From the human T2T-CHM13v2.0 reference genome, Homo sapiens, in assembly GCF_009914755.1 (NCBI RefSeq), contig NC_060927.1: a stretch of DNA of 64,000 nt, one strand, 5' to 3'. The notes beneath the pieces are model-generated. The model was given only the letters and a program-made list of their open reading frames with translations. It searched no databases and was not told the DNA's origin. Shown in pieces: positions 12,541 through 31,024 of the stretch (its first letter is position 1; the number at the start of each line of letters is the position of its first letter). The position numbers were made by a program, and so were the translations under genes.

Positions 12541-13001
12541 TACACATATTGCACTTTGTAACACAGCCTCACTACTTTATAGTGAAAACATTATAAAGAT
12601 AAAACTTGACATAAAGCCCTAACATTTAAATTACACTAAAATTTTTTCAGAAAAGACAATAACCTAAAAAAAATTGCATACTTTTTTTAAACTACTATTT
12701 TCCTTGTCATGCTTCCAGGGTTAAATTTAAAACAAGTATCAGAACACTAAATAAAAATTTTAAAACAATTTAGATTCATGTATGACTTCTAGGAAAACAG
12801 AAAAGTTGAATATTGTACTCTACGCAAGTTAAGTCATTTTAAAATAATATGATCTCAAGAACCACTCTACCGTGTTACTCTACTACTGAAAAGACACTTA
12901 AACTTAAAAACTCCCCCTGCAAATTACTTTGTCCCTTTACAGACGATGGTAATGATGTCTGTAAATTTCTCCTGGATTCCCATATTGAAAGAGAGGAGTT
13001 G

Positions 13002-13015
13002 GTTGCTAAGGCAAC
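13002..13015. promoter_or_regulatory. Candidate RFX X-box
   Basis: GTTGCTAAGGCAAC near-palindrome in apparently non-repeat intronic DNA. Confidence 0.45.
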
Positions 13016-13249
13016 TTCCATTTTCTTAATACATGATCTATCCCTTCAGAGTTTTGAAACATTTAAATGTTTTTCCAATGAGTCTTTAGTGGGCATAATT
13101 AAAACAATATCAGGATGGAAGCTTATGTTATTTGTTTGCTTCCATCACAGCTCACAAATGACTACACATTTGCCCACATTTTAGTACTATGAGGTTGCCT
13201 CTCCTAAACCAAGAACATACCAAGTTTTCAAGAAACAAATTAATGACCA

Positions 13250-13368
13250 ATAAAGGGTACAAACTTGCAGTTTTAAGATGAGTATGTTCTGGGGACTTAA
13301 AGTACAGCACGGTGACTATAGTTAATAATAATATGTTATATATGGCACTTGAAATTTGTGCTAAGAGA
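13250..13368 (+). mobile_element. L1MA/MB 3'UTR fragment
   Basis: aaagggtacaaacttgcagtt...ggtgactatagttaataataat...gctaagaga. Confidence 0.75.
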
Positions 13369-13369
13369 A

Positions 13370-13495
13370 GCCGGGCGCGGTGGTTCACGCCTGTAATCCC
13401 GGCATTTTGGGAGGCTGATGTGGGCAGATCACGAAGTCAGGAGATCAAGACCATCCTGGCCAACATGGTGAAACCCCGTCTCTACTAAAAATACA
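13370..13495 (+). mobile_element. Alu left arm, 3'-truncated
   Basis: Ends at ctactaaaaataca with no right arm or TSD. Confidence 0.9.
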
Positions 13496-13741
13496 GCCAT
13501 TTTAACAGAGCTTAAAGTTAGTCACCTAATGTTAAATTTAAATAGTATACTATATCTCATTACATATGTAAATGTGAAAATGAACTGAAAAGGCATGTCT
13601 AAATAATAAAGCTTATGTTGGTCTTTCAGTTAATCTCCGAATTTTTCAGAAAAGTACATCACTAATCTATTTTCAGTTTAATGTTTCCTCATTTTACCTG
13701 CATCTTAGGGAATTTGGGGTGCTTTTAAAAAAATGAAAAAG

Positions 13742-14066
13742 GGCTGGGTGCGGTGGCTCACGCCTGTAATCCCAGCACTTTGGGAGGACAAGGTGGGAGG
13801 ATCATGAGGTCAAGAGATCGAGACCATCCTGGCCAACATAGTGAAACCCCATCTCTACTAAAAATACAAAAATTAGCTGGGCGTGGTGGTGCATGCCTGT
13901 AGTTCCAGCTACTCGAGGTTGAGGCAGGAGGATTGCTTGAATGTGGGAGGTAGAGGTTGCAGTGAGCTGAGATCGTGACACTGCACTCCAGCCTGGGCAA
14001 CAGAGCTAGACTCTGTCTCAAAAAAAAAAAAAAAAAAGAAAAAGAAAGAAAAAGAAAAAGAAAAAA
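13742..14066 (+). mobile_element. AluSc-like
   Basis: Full Alu with A/GAAA tail. Confidence 0.95.
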
Positions 14067-14436
14067 GTGTCTTACAAAGATCATATACTTGGTCATATAA
14101 TAATAACAGCACTACAAATCACTTAAGATATGTATATGACTGCTAATGGGTAAAGGGTAACTTCGCAAGTATAAATACATTTCTGTCTAACGGTGAAAAT
14201 GTACAAGCATGTAAGACTATGTAAGTCCTAGAAAGAAGCAAATTTTGAAAATTATTCATTTGGTCATTCAATAAATATGTACTATCTGCCAGACACTGTA
14301 CTACTGAATGCTAGCCATTCAATAAAGAACAAGACGGACAAGATTCCTTTACCTTCATAATGTTGGCATTCTAGGAGGGGAAAGTAGACAGTATAGTAAA
14401 CAAATAGATATGCAGGGCAAATAAAGAAAGATGAAA

Positions 14437-15390
14437 ATAAGCAGAGTAAACAGACAACCTACAGAGTTGGAGGAAATCTTCACAATCTATACACCCAACA
14501 AAGGACTAATACCCAGAATCTACAAGGAATTCAAATAAATTAGCAAGGAAAAAAACAATCCCATCAAAAAGTGGGCTAAGGACATGAATAGACAATTCTC
14601 AAAAGCAGATATACAAATGGGCAACAAACATGGAAAAATGTTCAACCTCACTAATGATCAGGGAAATGCAAATCAAAACCACAATGCAATACCACCTCAC
14701 TCCGGCATGAACGGTCATAATCCAAAACTAAAAAAAAAAAAAAAAAAGATGTTGGCATGGATGCGGTGAAAAGGGAACACTTCTACACTGCTGGTGGGAA
14801 TGTAAACTAGTACAACCACTATGGAAAACAGTATGGAGATTCCTTAAAGAACTAAAAGTAGAACTATCATTTGATCCAGCAATCCCACTACTGGGTATAT
14901 ACCCAGAAGAAAAGAAGTCATTATACAAAAAATATACTTGAACACACGTTTATAGCAGCACCATTCACAATCGCAAAAATATGGAACCAGCCCAAATGCC
15001 CATCAATCAACAAGTGGATAAAGAAAATGTGGTATATATGTATACGATGGAATACTGGTCAGCATAAAAAGGAATGAAGTAATGGCATCCACAGCAACCT
15101 GGATAGGACTGAAGACTATTATTCTAAGTAAAGTAACTCAGGAATGGAAAACCAAACATCATACGTTCTCACTCATAAATGGAGCTAAGCTATGAGGATG
15201 CAAAGGGGTAAGAATGATACAATGGACATTGGGGACTTGAGGGGAAAGGGTGGGAAGGGGATGTGGGATAAAAGACTACAAACTGGATTCAGTGTATACT
15301 GCTCGGGTGACGGGTTCACCAAAATCTCACAAATTACCAAATTACCACCTGTTCCCCAAAATCTATGGAAATTAAAAAAAAAAAAAAAAG
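14437..15390 (+). mobile_element. L1PB-type 5'-truncated element inserted in a minus-strand L2 (L2 pieces about 14260-14436 and 15395-15735)
   Basis: ORF2 C-terminal text and 3'UTR ending ctgttccccaaaatctatggaaattaaaaa plus polyA. Confidence 0.88.
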
Positions 15391-15832
15391 AAGCATGATT
15401 CTGTTAGAAAGAACAGGGAGAGCCTACTCTAGATAGCATAGCCAGGAAAGGTTTCTGTGAAGAGGTAATGTTTAAGAAGAGACATGACAAGAGGACTATT
15501 TATTATAGCATGAGAGGCTGAAAGGGGGAGGATGGCAGATGCCACAGGGTATGAGAACACTCAACGCAGAGACAATAGCAAGAACAATGGTCTTGAGCAA
15601 GAATTTCACTAGTTCTACAAACTGAATTAAGGTTAATCTGATGGGAGAAGAGTAGAGGAGAGAGAGTGTAATGAGACATGTGAAGTTGGAGAAGTAGTAA
15701 GGCTAGGTCAGACAGGACAATCAAAGAAAGCCATGATGTCAGACTGTATAAAAAAGCAAGGCCCAATGATAGGCTATCTACAAGAAACCCTCTTTGAAAA
15801 TAAAGAAATAAATTGGTTAAAAGCAAGAGCAT

Positions 15833-16131
15833 GGCCGGGCATGGTGGCTCACGCCTGTAATCCCAGCGCTTTGGGAGGCCAAGGCAGGCAGACCACGAGG
15901 TCAGCAGATCAAGACCATCCTGGCTAACACAGTGAAACCCCATCTCTACTAAAAATACAAAAAATTAGCCAGGCATGGTGGTGGGTGCCTGTAGTCCCAG
16001 TTACTAGGGAAGCTGAGGCAGGAGAATGGCGTGAACGCAGGAGGCGGAGCTTGCAGTGAACCGAGATCGTGCCACTGCCCTCCAGCCTGGGTGACAGAGC
16101 GAGACTCCGTCTCAAAAAAAAAAAAAAAAAA
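15833..16131 (+). mobile_element. AluY/Sc-like
   Basis: Full Alu; TSD aaaagcaagag(c/t)at. Confidence 0.95.
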
Positions 16132-16872
16132 GCAAGAGTATAAAGGAAATATACTATGCAAACATTAATCAAAAGAAAGCTAGAGTGACTATATAAATAT
16201 CAAAGTAGATGATTCCAGAACCAGTAATATTACCAAGGATAAAGAAAGACATTACATAATGGTAAAGGGTCAACTGACCAAGAACATATATAAGCCTAAA
16301 TATGTATAAACCTAACAATAGAGTCTCAGAATACCATTGGCCCTCCATATCCGTGGGTTCTGTACCTGTGGATTCAACTGGGCTTGGATCACAATCTCAA
16401 AAGACAACCCCAAATGCCATAATCCCAAATGTTGAAATCTTAAAAGATCAAAATCCCTAAAGTCGAAAGCCCCGAGTGTCTAAAATCCTGTAAATCACCA
16501 TCCGAGGATAGTTGCATCACGGAAAGTGGAACTATTACCTTGTTATTGTCTTTATTTGGAAATTAAGTATGGTTTAAGGAGATGCATATGGGTGCCAAGG
16601 TGATGACAGATGGGCTTATGGACTTCCCATTAGGGATCAACTTGATTGGATTAAGCAATACCTAGAAACATGATAAAGCATTATTTTAGGTATGTCTATG
16701 AGGGTGTTTCCAGAAGAGGTTAGTGTGTGAGTCTGAGTAGACTAGGCAGGAAGATCTGACCTCAATGTCGGCAAGCATCATCCAACTGGCTGAGGGCCAG
16801 GAAAGAACAAATACAAAAGGCAATTGGTCTCTGAGAGCTGAGAAAGGCTTTTCTTCCGCTCCTTGGACATCA

Positions 16873-17216
<344 letters not shown>

Positions 17217-17522
17217 TTCACTCTGTGAAACTGCATTATCACAATGTTGACTGTGTGTGTAAGCATAAAAATGCTGAAACTTAACAAATAAAAAAAGTCC
17301 TTTTTTACATTTGCATTTGTGAAAGATAAATTTCTTGAGATCTCGGCTCTTTGAAAGAGGACATATGTAGTGGTGACCCATCGTGGTTTTTGATATATCT
17401 CATCAAAACACTTAGATTGAACATCATGATATTTTGGGTGACTACAGTTACAAAGCTGGGTACACACAATTACCAACTATAGTGCCTTTATACATTTCAC
17501 TTTTTGATATATTTTTCTTTCC

Positions 17523-17645
17523 TTTTTTTTTTTTTTAAGAGATGAGGTCTCACTACGTTGTCAAGACTGGACTTGAACTCCTAGGCTCAAGTGATCCTCC
17601 CCCTTCAGCCTCCCAAGCAGCTGGGATTATAGGGACACACCATGG
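17523..17645 (-). mobile_element. Old Alu monomer (FLAM/AluJ) inside Ricksha
   Basis: T-run followed by gagatgaggtctcact...gctgggattatagg. Confidence 0.85.
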
Positions 17646-19009
17646 TCCCCATCTTTATGACCTATTTCTTTATGAATATGGTTTGTCTGCTCATAATTGT
17701 GATACATATGTGACTGTTGTTACTATACCTGAATATTTATGATTACAAAAATATATATTATTGCCTATTTTATTGTGTAAACTGGCCTATGAAGTATTCT
17801 GTCATGTTTTTACATGTTTCTCAAATAAATCCCACTTCTAAATGTAAACAAATGTCCTTTGAAGAATTTTAAATTATTTTTTCCAGAATTATATTTTCAG
17901 GATTTTGATCTTTCAGAATTTCAACATTCAGGATTACACTGTCTGGAATTTTGTCTGTCAGAATTATGACAGGCTCCTGATTCAACAACTGTAGACTGAA
18001 AATATTCGGGGAAAAACTGGATAGTTTTGTCTTTACTGAACATGTATAGACTTTTTTCTTGTCGTTATTCTCTAAACAATAAAATATAACAACTGTTTCC
18101 ATAGCATTTACATTGTATTAGGTATTATAAATAATCTAGAGATTTAAAGTATACAAGAGAATGTGCATAGGTTACAAGCAAATACTACACCCTTTTATAT
18201 AAGGAACTTGAGTATCCACAGATTTTGGTATCCACGGGGGGATCCTGAAATCAATCCCCCATAGGTACCAAGGAATGACTGTACATGAAGAAAAAGCAAA
18301 TCTTTCCAAATTGATACACAAATTCAATGCAAGTGCAGTCCAAATAGAGAAGCTGATTCTAAAATGCATATGGAGACAAAGGAATTAGAATGGCTAAAAC
18401 AATTTTGAAAATGAACAGTGAAGTTGGAAGACTCGCACTGCCTGATTTCAAGACTTCCAATACAGCTATGGTAATTAGGACAATGTGGCACTGGTGAAAG
18501 GATAGACACAAATTTGTAAATAACAAACTTTTGTAAATAAAGGAGTCCTAGAAATGAAGGAGTCAGAGACGTAAACATGAAACTTACACTATAAAATTTC
18601 GAGAAGAACATATAGGAGAAAATCTTTGTGACCTTGGATGAGGCAAATCATTCTTAAACAGAACACGAAAAGCATAAACCGTTAAAAAAAAATGTTAAAT
18701 TGAGCATCATTACAATGTAAAACTCCTCACTAGACAGTGTAAGAAAATGAAAATCCACAGACTGGGAGAAAATATTTGCAAACATATGTCTGACAAAGGT
18801 CTGATATCCAGTATATAGAAAGAGTTAAAAAAAATTAAAAAGCTTTTTTAAAAAAGTGAGCAAACAATTTGAACAGATATTTCACCAAAGATTATACAGA
18901 TGGCAAACCAGCACATGAAAAGATGTCCAACATCATTACGTTAGAGAAGTCCCATTAAAACTACAATGAAATACTATAACACATATATTTAAATTGATAC
19001 TTTTTTTTA

Positions 19010-19462
<453 letters not shown>

Positions 19463-20717
19463 TTAGAAAATTAAACATAAACTTTTGTGACCTAGTAGTC
19501 CCCATTCCTAGGCATTTACTCAAGAGAAATGAAGACATACATTCTCACAAAAAATGCATGCAAATATTTATAGCAGCCTTATTCTTAACAGACAAAATAG
19601 AAACAATCCAAATATCCACCAGCTGATGAATGTTAAACAAATTGTGGTACATCCAATGGAATGCTAAACTGCAAAAGAAAAGAATCAACTACTGATATAC
19701 TCGACAGCATGGATGAATCTCGAGATCCTTATGTTAAGTGGACAAAGCTACATGCTACACGATTCCATTTATATAACATCCTGGAATATTATAAAAAGTA
19801 TAATAAAAAGGTTGCATATCATATGATTCCATGTATAAAACATTCTGAAAAACACAAAACTCTAGGGCATAAAAACAGGTTAGCAGTTACCAGGGATGGG
19901 GGTGAGATGGGAATACATGACTGACTATAAAGTTGAAAGAAATTTCTTGGATGATAGGAATATTCTGCACTTTGATGATATGATAGTTACACAATTATAT
20001 ATGTTTGTTAAAATGCACAGAACTGTACAAATAAAAATGTGTGAATTGTACTGTATGTAAGTTATAATTAATAAGCCTGACTTTTTAAAAAAGAAAAGGA
20101 TCATGGCAAGTACAACAGGATGTCGATGAAAAAATGAAGGTAAAAATGATAAATCGCTAACAATTCTATAATGTTCAACTTTTCTAAGCAGTTTTTTATA
20201 TATAATTTCAAGCCTGCTCTTTAACTTAATTGGTCTCTTGAATTTAACAAGTATCAAACGATATAGTGTCTAAGTTCAGGCTGCCAATGTCTTTGTATAG
20301 CTAACAACTTATGACAGCTGAAAGCTCTAGGCCTATTTCCTAGGTAAAATAGCCTAGAGAAGTTGTTGCAAGATGATAGAAAAGGATGTCAGTCACAGAC
20401 TGAAGGATCTGACTTCTCAGACAAGTGAAATTCAGGGATATATGACAAAACAGATATAGAACAGCATCATTACTGTCAGTACAGAGTCCCAAATAACTTC
20501 CCTGGGTGCCTCTAGATACAAGCAGCCAGGAAGAAATACGTGAGAAATAATATAAAAAACAGAAAGTTACAATGCATACTGAGGAAACTCAAAATGGACT
20601 TCCGACTTCCACGTTTTAATTCGTCTTATCATAAACCCAAGAAATAGATATTATCTTCATTTACATTAATGACATGGGTTTCTTTGCTTTAAGTGAAACA
20701 ATCATGGGGAAAAAATA

Positions 20718-20851
20718 GGACTGACTCCATTGCTGGGTCCTAGTGCAAAACGAAAATGCTGGCCCCTTGTTCAAAACTTACAGAGCACATGGCCCTTCTA
20801 AGAGTGGGACCTCTCCAATCGCACAGTTGTATGGCCACAAAACAAGCCCTG
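20718..20851 (-). mobile_element. MER45A-like hAT-Tip100 element
   Basis: gtgcaaaacgaaaatgctggccccttgttcaaaa...aagccctg. Confidence 0.7.
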
Positions 20852-21433
20852 GAGAGATGGTACAGCCCACTGACAAATTTTAAACATGCAAGAAATCACT
20901 TGTCCATTCCCTTACTGCAATGATAATCACGTGATAAAAATATTATTCAAAATCTTCACATTAAAATCCCCAAAGGAGATTCTATAGCTTTTTAAAAATC
21001 CACTTTACTGTCTCAGCAAAGATCTCCAGTTAATCTGTTTTCCATCTTTTCTATTGATATTCCCCAATTCCCTTATCTCATATCCAGGAAAATCTGAAAA
21101 TGTCGTTCCACTGCCTCCTGTAAGAGGTCCCTTTTATATGCCTGAATATCATTTTGGGCTGTCTATCTAGAACCATAGGATGAAAAAGTAAAAGTAAAAA
21201 AAACTAATTCATTTTGACAGAACTAAAATAAGCTAACAGCTGGGAAGATATTAATCAGTTTAAAGACTGGGCCTAAAAATGAGATAAATAAGGTGTTACT
21301 GAAAAACTAAATGTTGTTGCAGAACTGTAAACTTTTTATAATTTTATCTCAACTTTTAAGAAAAAGTCTAATTTCTAACTCCCTGAGAAGATATATGGTA
21401 TAGATTAGCTTGAAGAAAGGAACTAAGACCTAG

Positions 21434-21751
<318 letters not shown>

Positions 21752-22258
21752 ACTATTTGTTTTTTTAATGTCCGAGTAAACCGACTCCCTCAAAAAGAGC
21801 AAATCCATATAATCAACATGTGAACAATCTAGAGTAGATACAACAGCTTTAAAAAATTGAGACGTTGAAAAACAACTTTTATGAGTTAAGGTTACAGGAT
21901 GATTTGGCCCAGGAGATTTTCCCCTCAAGAACAGCTTCAATTTTTTCATTAGTGTGGATTCACTAAAACAAACACAAAGTTAAGCATAAACCTCTTATGC
22001 TTATAGTTCTTATACAACTGCAAAGCAGAAACTAATTTTCAAATTAAATACGCAAGCAGCAAAGCCAATAATCATCAAATGGGCAACATTAATTTAGTAT
22101 GACAAATAATGCTGATTTTTAGACAGTTAACTGCTGCTTGAAACCTGACAATGGTCCTCACTGCTACAGCATAGATTCTTTAAGGATGGTATCAGCCCTG
22201 AAGACTTTAGTGAGTGCTTTTGTAACATAACAAAACCACCAGGTAAAAAGTGAAAATC

Positions 22259-22650
<392 letters not shown>

Positions 22651-23119
22651 TTAGTCCAGAAAAACATAACTTTGTTTTATGATAATGTTGACAATTTCTT
22701 CAGTTTCCTCATTTTATGTAAAACAGATAAACAGATGCCTGATTGAAGTAGAATGGGGGACCCAGCACAGGTCACTTTCACTGTGAATTTCCTTCTATCA
22801 AACGCGCTTCTGTGAAACTCTGTCTTCGCATAATTTGAAAAACTATGAAACAGACGATCTCAAGGTGCTTTCTTTCTTAAGTTCTAGAGAACTTAGAGGT
22901 AATTTCTATCACAGCATGAATGTATGGATTTAATCAAGTGATTAATATCTGAGTTTAATCATTAATAACAAATATTCCTTGAGTGCCCAGCATGTTGATA
23001 ATTTTAAAAATTCAATTATCTATTTCTCTTTAAAAGCTTCTATGAACATAAATTTTAAATTATTATTTTTTTCTGTGAGTCAAAGACAAATACTATTAAA
23101 TACATTAGACATGACTTTT

Positions 23120-23757
23120 TAAAATTACAGTTTTTATTTTAGATACAGGGTACATATGTGCAGGATGGTAACATGGGTATACTGCACCCAGGTAGTGAGC
23201 ACAGTACCCAACAGGTAGTTTTGCAATCCTGGCCCCCCTCCGTCTGCCCTCTAAAAGTCCACAGTGTCTATTGTTCCCATGTTCATGTCCATGTGTTTGC
23301 ATTGTTTAGCTCCCACTTACAAGTGAGAACATGCGCTATTTGGTTTTCTAGTTTTTGCATTCATTCACTTAGGATAATGGCCTCCAGCTACATGCATGTT
23401 GCTGAAGAAAACATAATTTTGTTCTTTTTTATGGCTGCACACAATTCCATGTGGGTATGTACCACATTTTCCTTATTCACTCCACCACTGATGGGCACAC
23501 GTAGGTTGATTCTATGTCTTTGCTATCGTGAATAGTGCTGTGGTGATCACACGAGTGCATATGTCTTTTTTCCTTTGGGTATATACCCAATGGTGGGACT
23601 GCTGGGTCAAATGGTAGTACTATTTTTAGTTCCTTGAGAAATCTCCAAGCTGCTTTCCACAGTGACTGAACTAATTTACATTCCCACTAACAGTGCAGAA
23701 GCATTCCCTTTTCTCTGCAGCCTCACCAACATCTGTTGTTTCTTGACTTTTTAATAG
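23120..23757 (-). mobile_element. Old L1PA 3' end, 5'-truncated
   Basis: ctcccacttacaagtgagaacatg; tgctgggtcaaatggta; tgactttttaa flanks both ends. Confidence 0.88.
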
Positions 23758-24174
23758 AAGGCAATGTTAAACTTGTCCCATTACCAAAATATTTATATTC
23801 AAACAAAAGAAAATTATAACATGCTTATTCATTTTGAATTAAGAGCAGATTGTAACACAGCATCCAAAAAGTAAAGCCTATATTACAATAAACAGACTAA
23901 AGCATAAGTAATATTTTCACTATGGTTAAATAATCAAAGGTAATCACTGACATTTTGGCTTAGAGATATTCTCAAAATAAGCAACTAAAATAACAACCAG
24001 GCTTCTGTTCCAGTGTATCTCTTGTAATATAATCCTTTAAATTAAGGTGAAATAGTATTACTTCTTTCTATTTTTCCTGTTTCCTTTTCTTCCTAGAAAA
24101 TTATTCCATGTTTTGTCAATTATTCACAAATTCATCCTATAAAAATATTTTACTAAAGTTTGGGCTAAAAATAA

Positions 24175-24445
<271 letters not shown>

Positions 24446-24459
24446 TATAAACTATTCTT

Positions 24460-25190
24460 CATATAATTTTTATTAGTATGACCCACATACCATAAAATTT
24501 ATCCTTTAAAAGTATATACTCAGTGGGTTTAGTATATTCACAAAGTTGTACAAATACCACTACCATCTACTTTCATAACTTTATCACTGCCCCAAAAAGA
24601 AACCTCTTGGCCACAGCAGTCAATCCCTATTCTCCCCTTCCCTGGTCCATCGCAACCCCTCATCTACTTTCTGTCTCTACAAATTTGCTTATTCTGGCCA
24701 TTTCATATAAGTGGAATCATACGATATGTTACTTTCTGTGTTTGGCTTCTTTCCTTTAACATGTTTTCAAGGTCCATCCATGTTACTGAATGTGTCTGTA
24801 TTTCATTCTGTTCCTTTGCATTGCCAAATAATAGTCCATCTGTGTATTTTCCATACCTTGTTTATCCATTCATCAATTAATGGACTTTTGGGTTCTTTCT
24901 ACTTTTTGGCTATTATGATTAATGCTGCTATAAACATTTGTATACAAGTTTTTTTATGGACATATGTTTCATTTATTTTGGGTTATCTAGGAGTAGAATG
25001 GCTAAGTCATATGGTAACCCTATGTTTAACATTTTGAGTAACTGCCAAACTGTTTTCCAACGTGGTTACACCATTTTATATTCCCACCAACAATGCATGA
25101 GGGTTCTAATCTGTCCACATCCTCACCAACACTTATCTTTCTTTGTGATTACTGCCATGCCAGCTGGTGTGAAGTGGTATTCATTACGGC
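24460..25190 (-). mobile_element. L1MB 3' end
   Basis: accataaaatttatcctttaaaagtatatactcagtggg; cccaccaacaatgcatgagggttc. Confidence 0.85.
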
Positions 25191-25699
25191 TTTAAAATGT
25201 AATTCTTAAATGGTGCAGTCTAAAAATAGTAAACAATTAAAAGAATATCCACCTTAGCCAAATCAAACTAATTTTACAGAAGCTGTTGTAATTTAACCTG
25301 TACATTAACTGTCAGAACTCTATGACTAGGTGATCATTTCTGCAGTGTTTTGAATGGAGGTGCTTACCACTCAACAAAAAGTAACCAAGTGGTAATATCT
25401 TGTTATAATAGAGTTTGCCTGAAGTCTGATATCCGGTTAAACAGAGTATTAATATATTTATTGTCTCTTATTTTACTGAATTCATATGTACATGTATTTA
25501 TATTCCATGTTGTTCAAAACAAACTTTGAAACAACTTTTTAAAAAGGGACATACAATATAGCAGGATTTTTGTAACAGACTTTTTTCTGACCAAATGGTA
25601 TACCAGGCAACCTGAATAATCCTTCTGCAACTGAGAAATGCTAGAAAAAAATTGTAATATTCCTCACTACATTGATGAACTGACAAAAATAAGGAATAT

Positions 25700-27775
<2,076 letters not shown>

Positions 27776-27838
27776 CACATCTATTACACATATATGCAAC
27801 AAAGTAGCATGCAAGCATGAAGAAATGAGAAAGAAGCC

Positions 27839-28122
27839 ACCTGTAATCCTAGCACTTTGGGAGGCTGAGGTGGGCGGATCACTTGAGCTCAGGAGTTCAA
27901 GACCATTCTGGGCAACATGGTGAAATCCCATCCATACAAAAAACAGAAAAATTAGCTGGGCTTGGTGGTGCATGCCTATAGTCCCAGCTACTCAGGAGGC
28001 TGAGGTGGGAGGATGGCTTGAGCCCAGGAGTTCAAGGCTGCAGTGAGCTATGATTGTGCCACTGCACACTCCAGCCTGGGTGATACAGTGAGACTCTGTC
28101 TCAAAAAGAAAAAGAAAAAAAA
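27839..28122 (+). mobile_element. AluJ, 5'-clipped
   Basis: J diagnostics gagcccaggagttcaaggctgcagtgagctatgatt. Confidence 0.93.
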
Positions 28123-29350
28123 TACATCATATATATATAGAGGAGATGGATTCAAATGCAGTAGAAGATATTGGGATACAAATGAAACTTTTTTAGTATT
28201 CTTTTTTACATAGGTTGACTTTTTATTCTGGTGACAGTAACACCAAATAGTTTGACTTTTGAACCATGAAAACTTTTACCTATTCAAAAATTAAAGTCAA
28301 ATAAAAAAGATGGAGACTAATATTTCCAGGAAAATGGAATAGATACTTTTCCCTATTCCTCCCCACTAAGTATAGCTAAATACCTTAGACATTACATATA
28401 AAACAAACAGAAAAAGACTGAAAGGTGGGGAGAAGAAGCCTGACCAACTAGGAACCTCGGGGCCCAAGCAACCACACGGTAGTGAGTTCCCTGGTATTTT
28501 CTTGTGTATCTTTTTCTCCTCCTATTTGCCAGACTTGGGGCTAAAAAAGTTGTCAATCAGGAAACATAAATGGCAGCAGACAAAAGAAGCCCTAAAAAAT
28601 GCCTGCTCTCTCTAGCCAATGGACCAGGGAAGGAGCAACCTAAAATGACAAAAAAAACTTTCAGAGAATAACTGCTCTACTCCAGCCAAACATCAGAGAA
28701 AAAATTGTGTACTTTACCCCAGCCAGTAAAGGCTGACAGCTGGGGCCAAAGATGAACTTCCACCCTTGAAAGGCTCTAAAAAGGTACCTCAATACTCTAG
28801 CCAGGAAGTGTCAGAGGCCTTGCAGAAATCAGGACTCAGTGGTACTGAGGCCCCCCATGGTGGTATCAGTGGAGGCCTAAGGGAGAGCAAAAACTCCCAC
28901 TCCCACCCAGAGATACCAACGAGCCTCATCTCCAGGGTGTCCGTGGAGGACAAGTGTGGAATCTGGACTTCTAGCTCCATCTGGCAATAATGAGGATGCA
29001 GCCCCTTCCCCTGCCAGAATGGTATCCCAAAAAAGCCAGCAAAAACAGAAGGATCTTATTTAATTAAGATTCAGAGTCTCTTCATATAATGGAAAAATGT
29101 TCAGATTTTAATTGAAAATCATTTGTCATAACAACAAACCAGGGAGAACTCAAACTAAATGAAAAATAACAATCAACAGATGCCAATACTGAGATACAGA
29201 GATGTTAGACTGATTTGACAATAAATTTAAAGCAACCATGAAAAAAAAAATGCTTCAGTGAGCAACTGCAAACACACTTCAAGCAAATGAAACTGTAGAA
29301 AGCCTCAGAAAAGAAATAATCTTGGCAAAGACAAGAAGTATAAAGAACCA

Positions 29351-29498
29351 GGCCAGGCGCAGTGGCTCATGCCTGTAATCCCAGCATTTTGGGAGGCTGA
29401 GGCAGGCAGAAAACCTGAGGCCAGGAGTTCAAGCCCAGCCTGGTCAACATGATGAAACCCTGTCTCTACTAAAAAATAATAATACAAAAATTAGCCAG
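29351..29498 (+). mobile_element. Alu left arm fused to an L1MA 3' end (about 29499-29805)
   Basis: Alu stops at aaaaattagccag and continues into gagactgggaaag...aatgggtacaaacatac. Confidence 0.85.
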
Positions 29499-30317
29499 AG
29501 ACTGGGAAAGATGTGGGGAGGGGATGAATAGAAGTTGGTTAATGGGTACAAACATACATTAGACAAAAGGGATAATTTCTGATGTTCGATAGCAGAGTAG
29601 CGTAACTATAGTTAACAGCAATGTATTGCACATTTCAAAATAATTAAAACGGAGAACTTGAAATGCTCCCAACATATAGAAGTGATAAATACTCAAAGTG
29701 ATGAATACCCAAAATGCCCTAACTTGATCACACAGTCTATGCATGTAACAAAATATCACATGTATCCCATAAATATATACAAATATGGTGTCAATAAAAA
29801 ATTAAATCGAATTTTTAAAGAGATACACAAAGAAGACATTCAAAAATATTAGAGATAATTCAAAATGGAATTCAAAAAAATGTTCAAATAAATCACATGA
29901 AGGCAGGAAAAAGAAAAGAAAAATAAAAAACAAGAAAAAAATAAAATATAAAATGGCAGACATAATCTATAACTCATCAATAATCACATAAAACATAAAT
30001 GGTCTAAAAACATTAATTAAAAGAGATTGACAGAATGGCTTGCAATTCAGGACAAAAATATGTTGTGTACAAGAAACTTCCTACAAATTTAACAGTATAG
30101 TGAGGTTGAAAATAAAAGGAAGGAAAAGATACATCATGGGAACATTAACCAAAAGAAAGCAGTTATGGCTATATTAATATCAACTAAAGTCAACTTCACA
30201 GAAAAGAAAATTACCAGATACAGAGAGGGACATCAGATAATGAAAAAAAGGGTCAGTGTAACAAGATATCAGCAATCCCAAATGTGTATGCATCAGACAA
30301 AAGAACTACAAATATCT

Positions 30318-30957
<640 letters not shown>

Positions 30958-31024
30958 ACTACAAATATCTGTGGGTAAACTAACAGACTTGAAAAGACGA
31001 ACCCACAATTTACGTAAACCCCTC

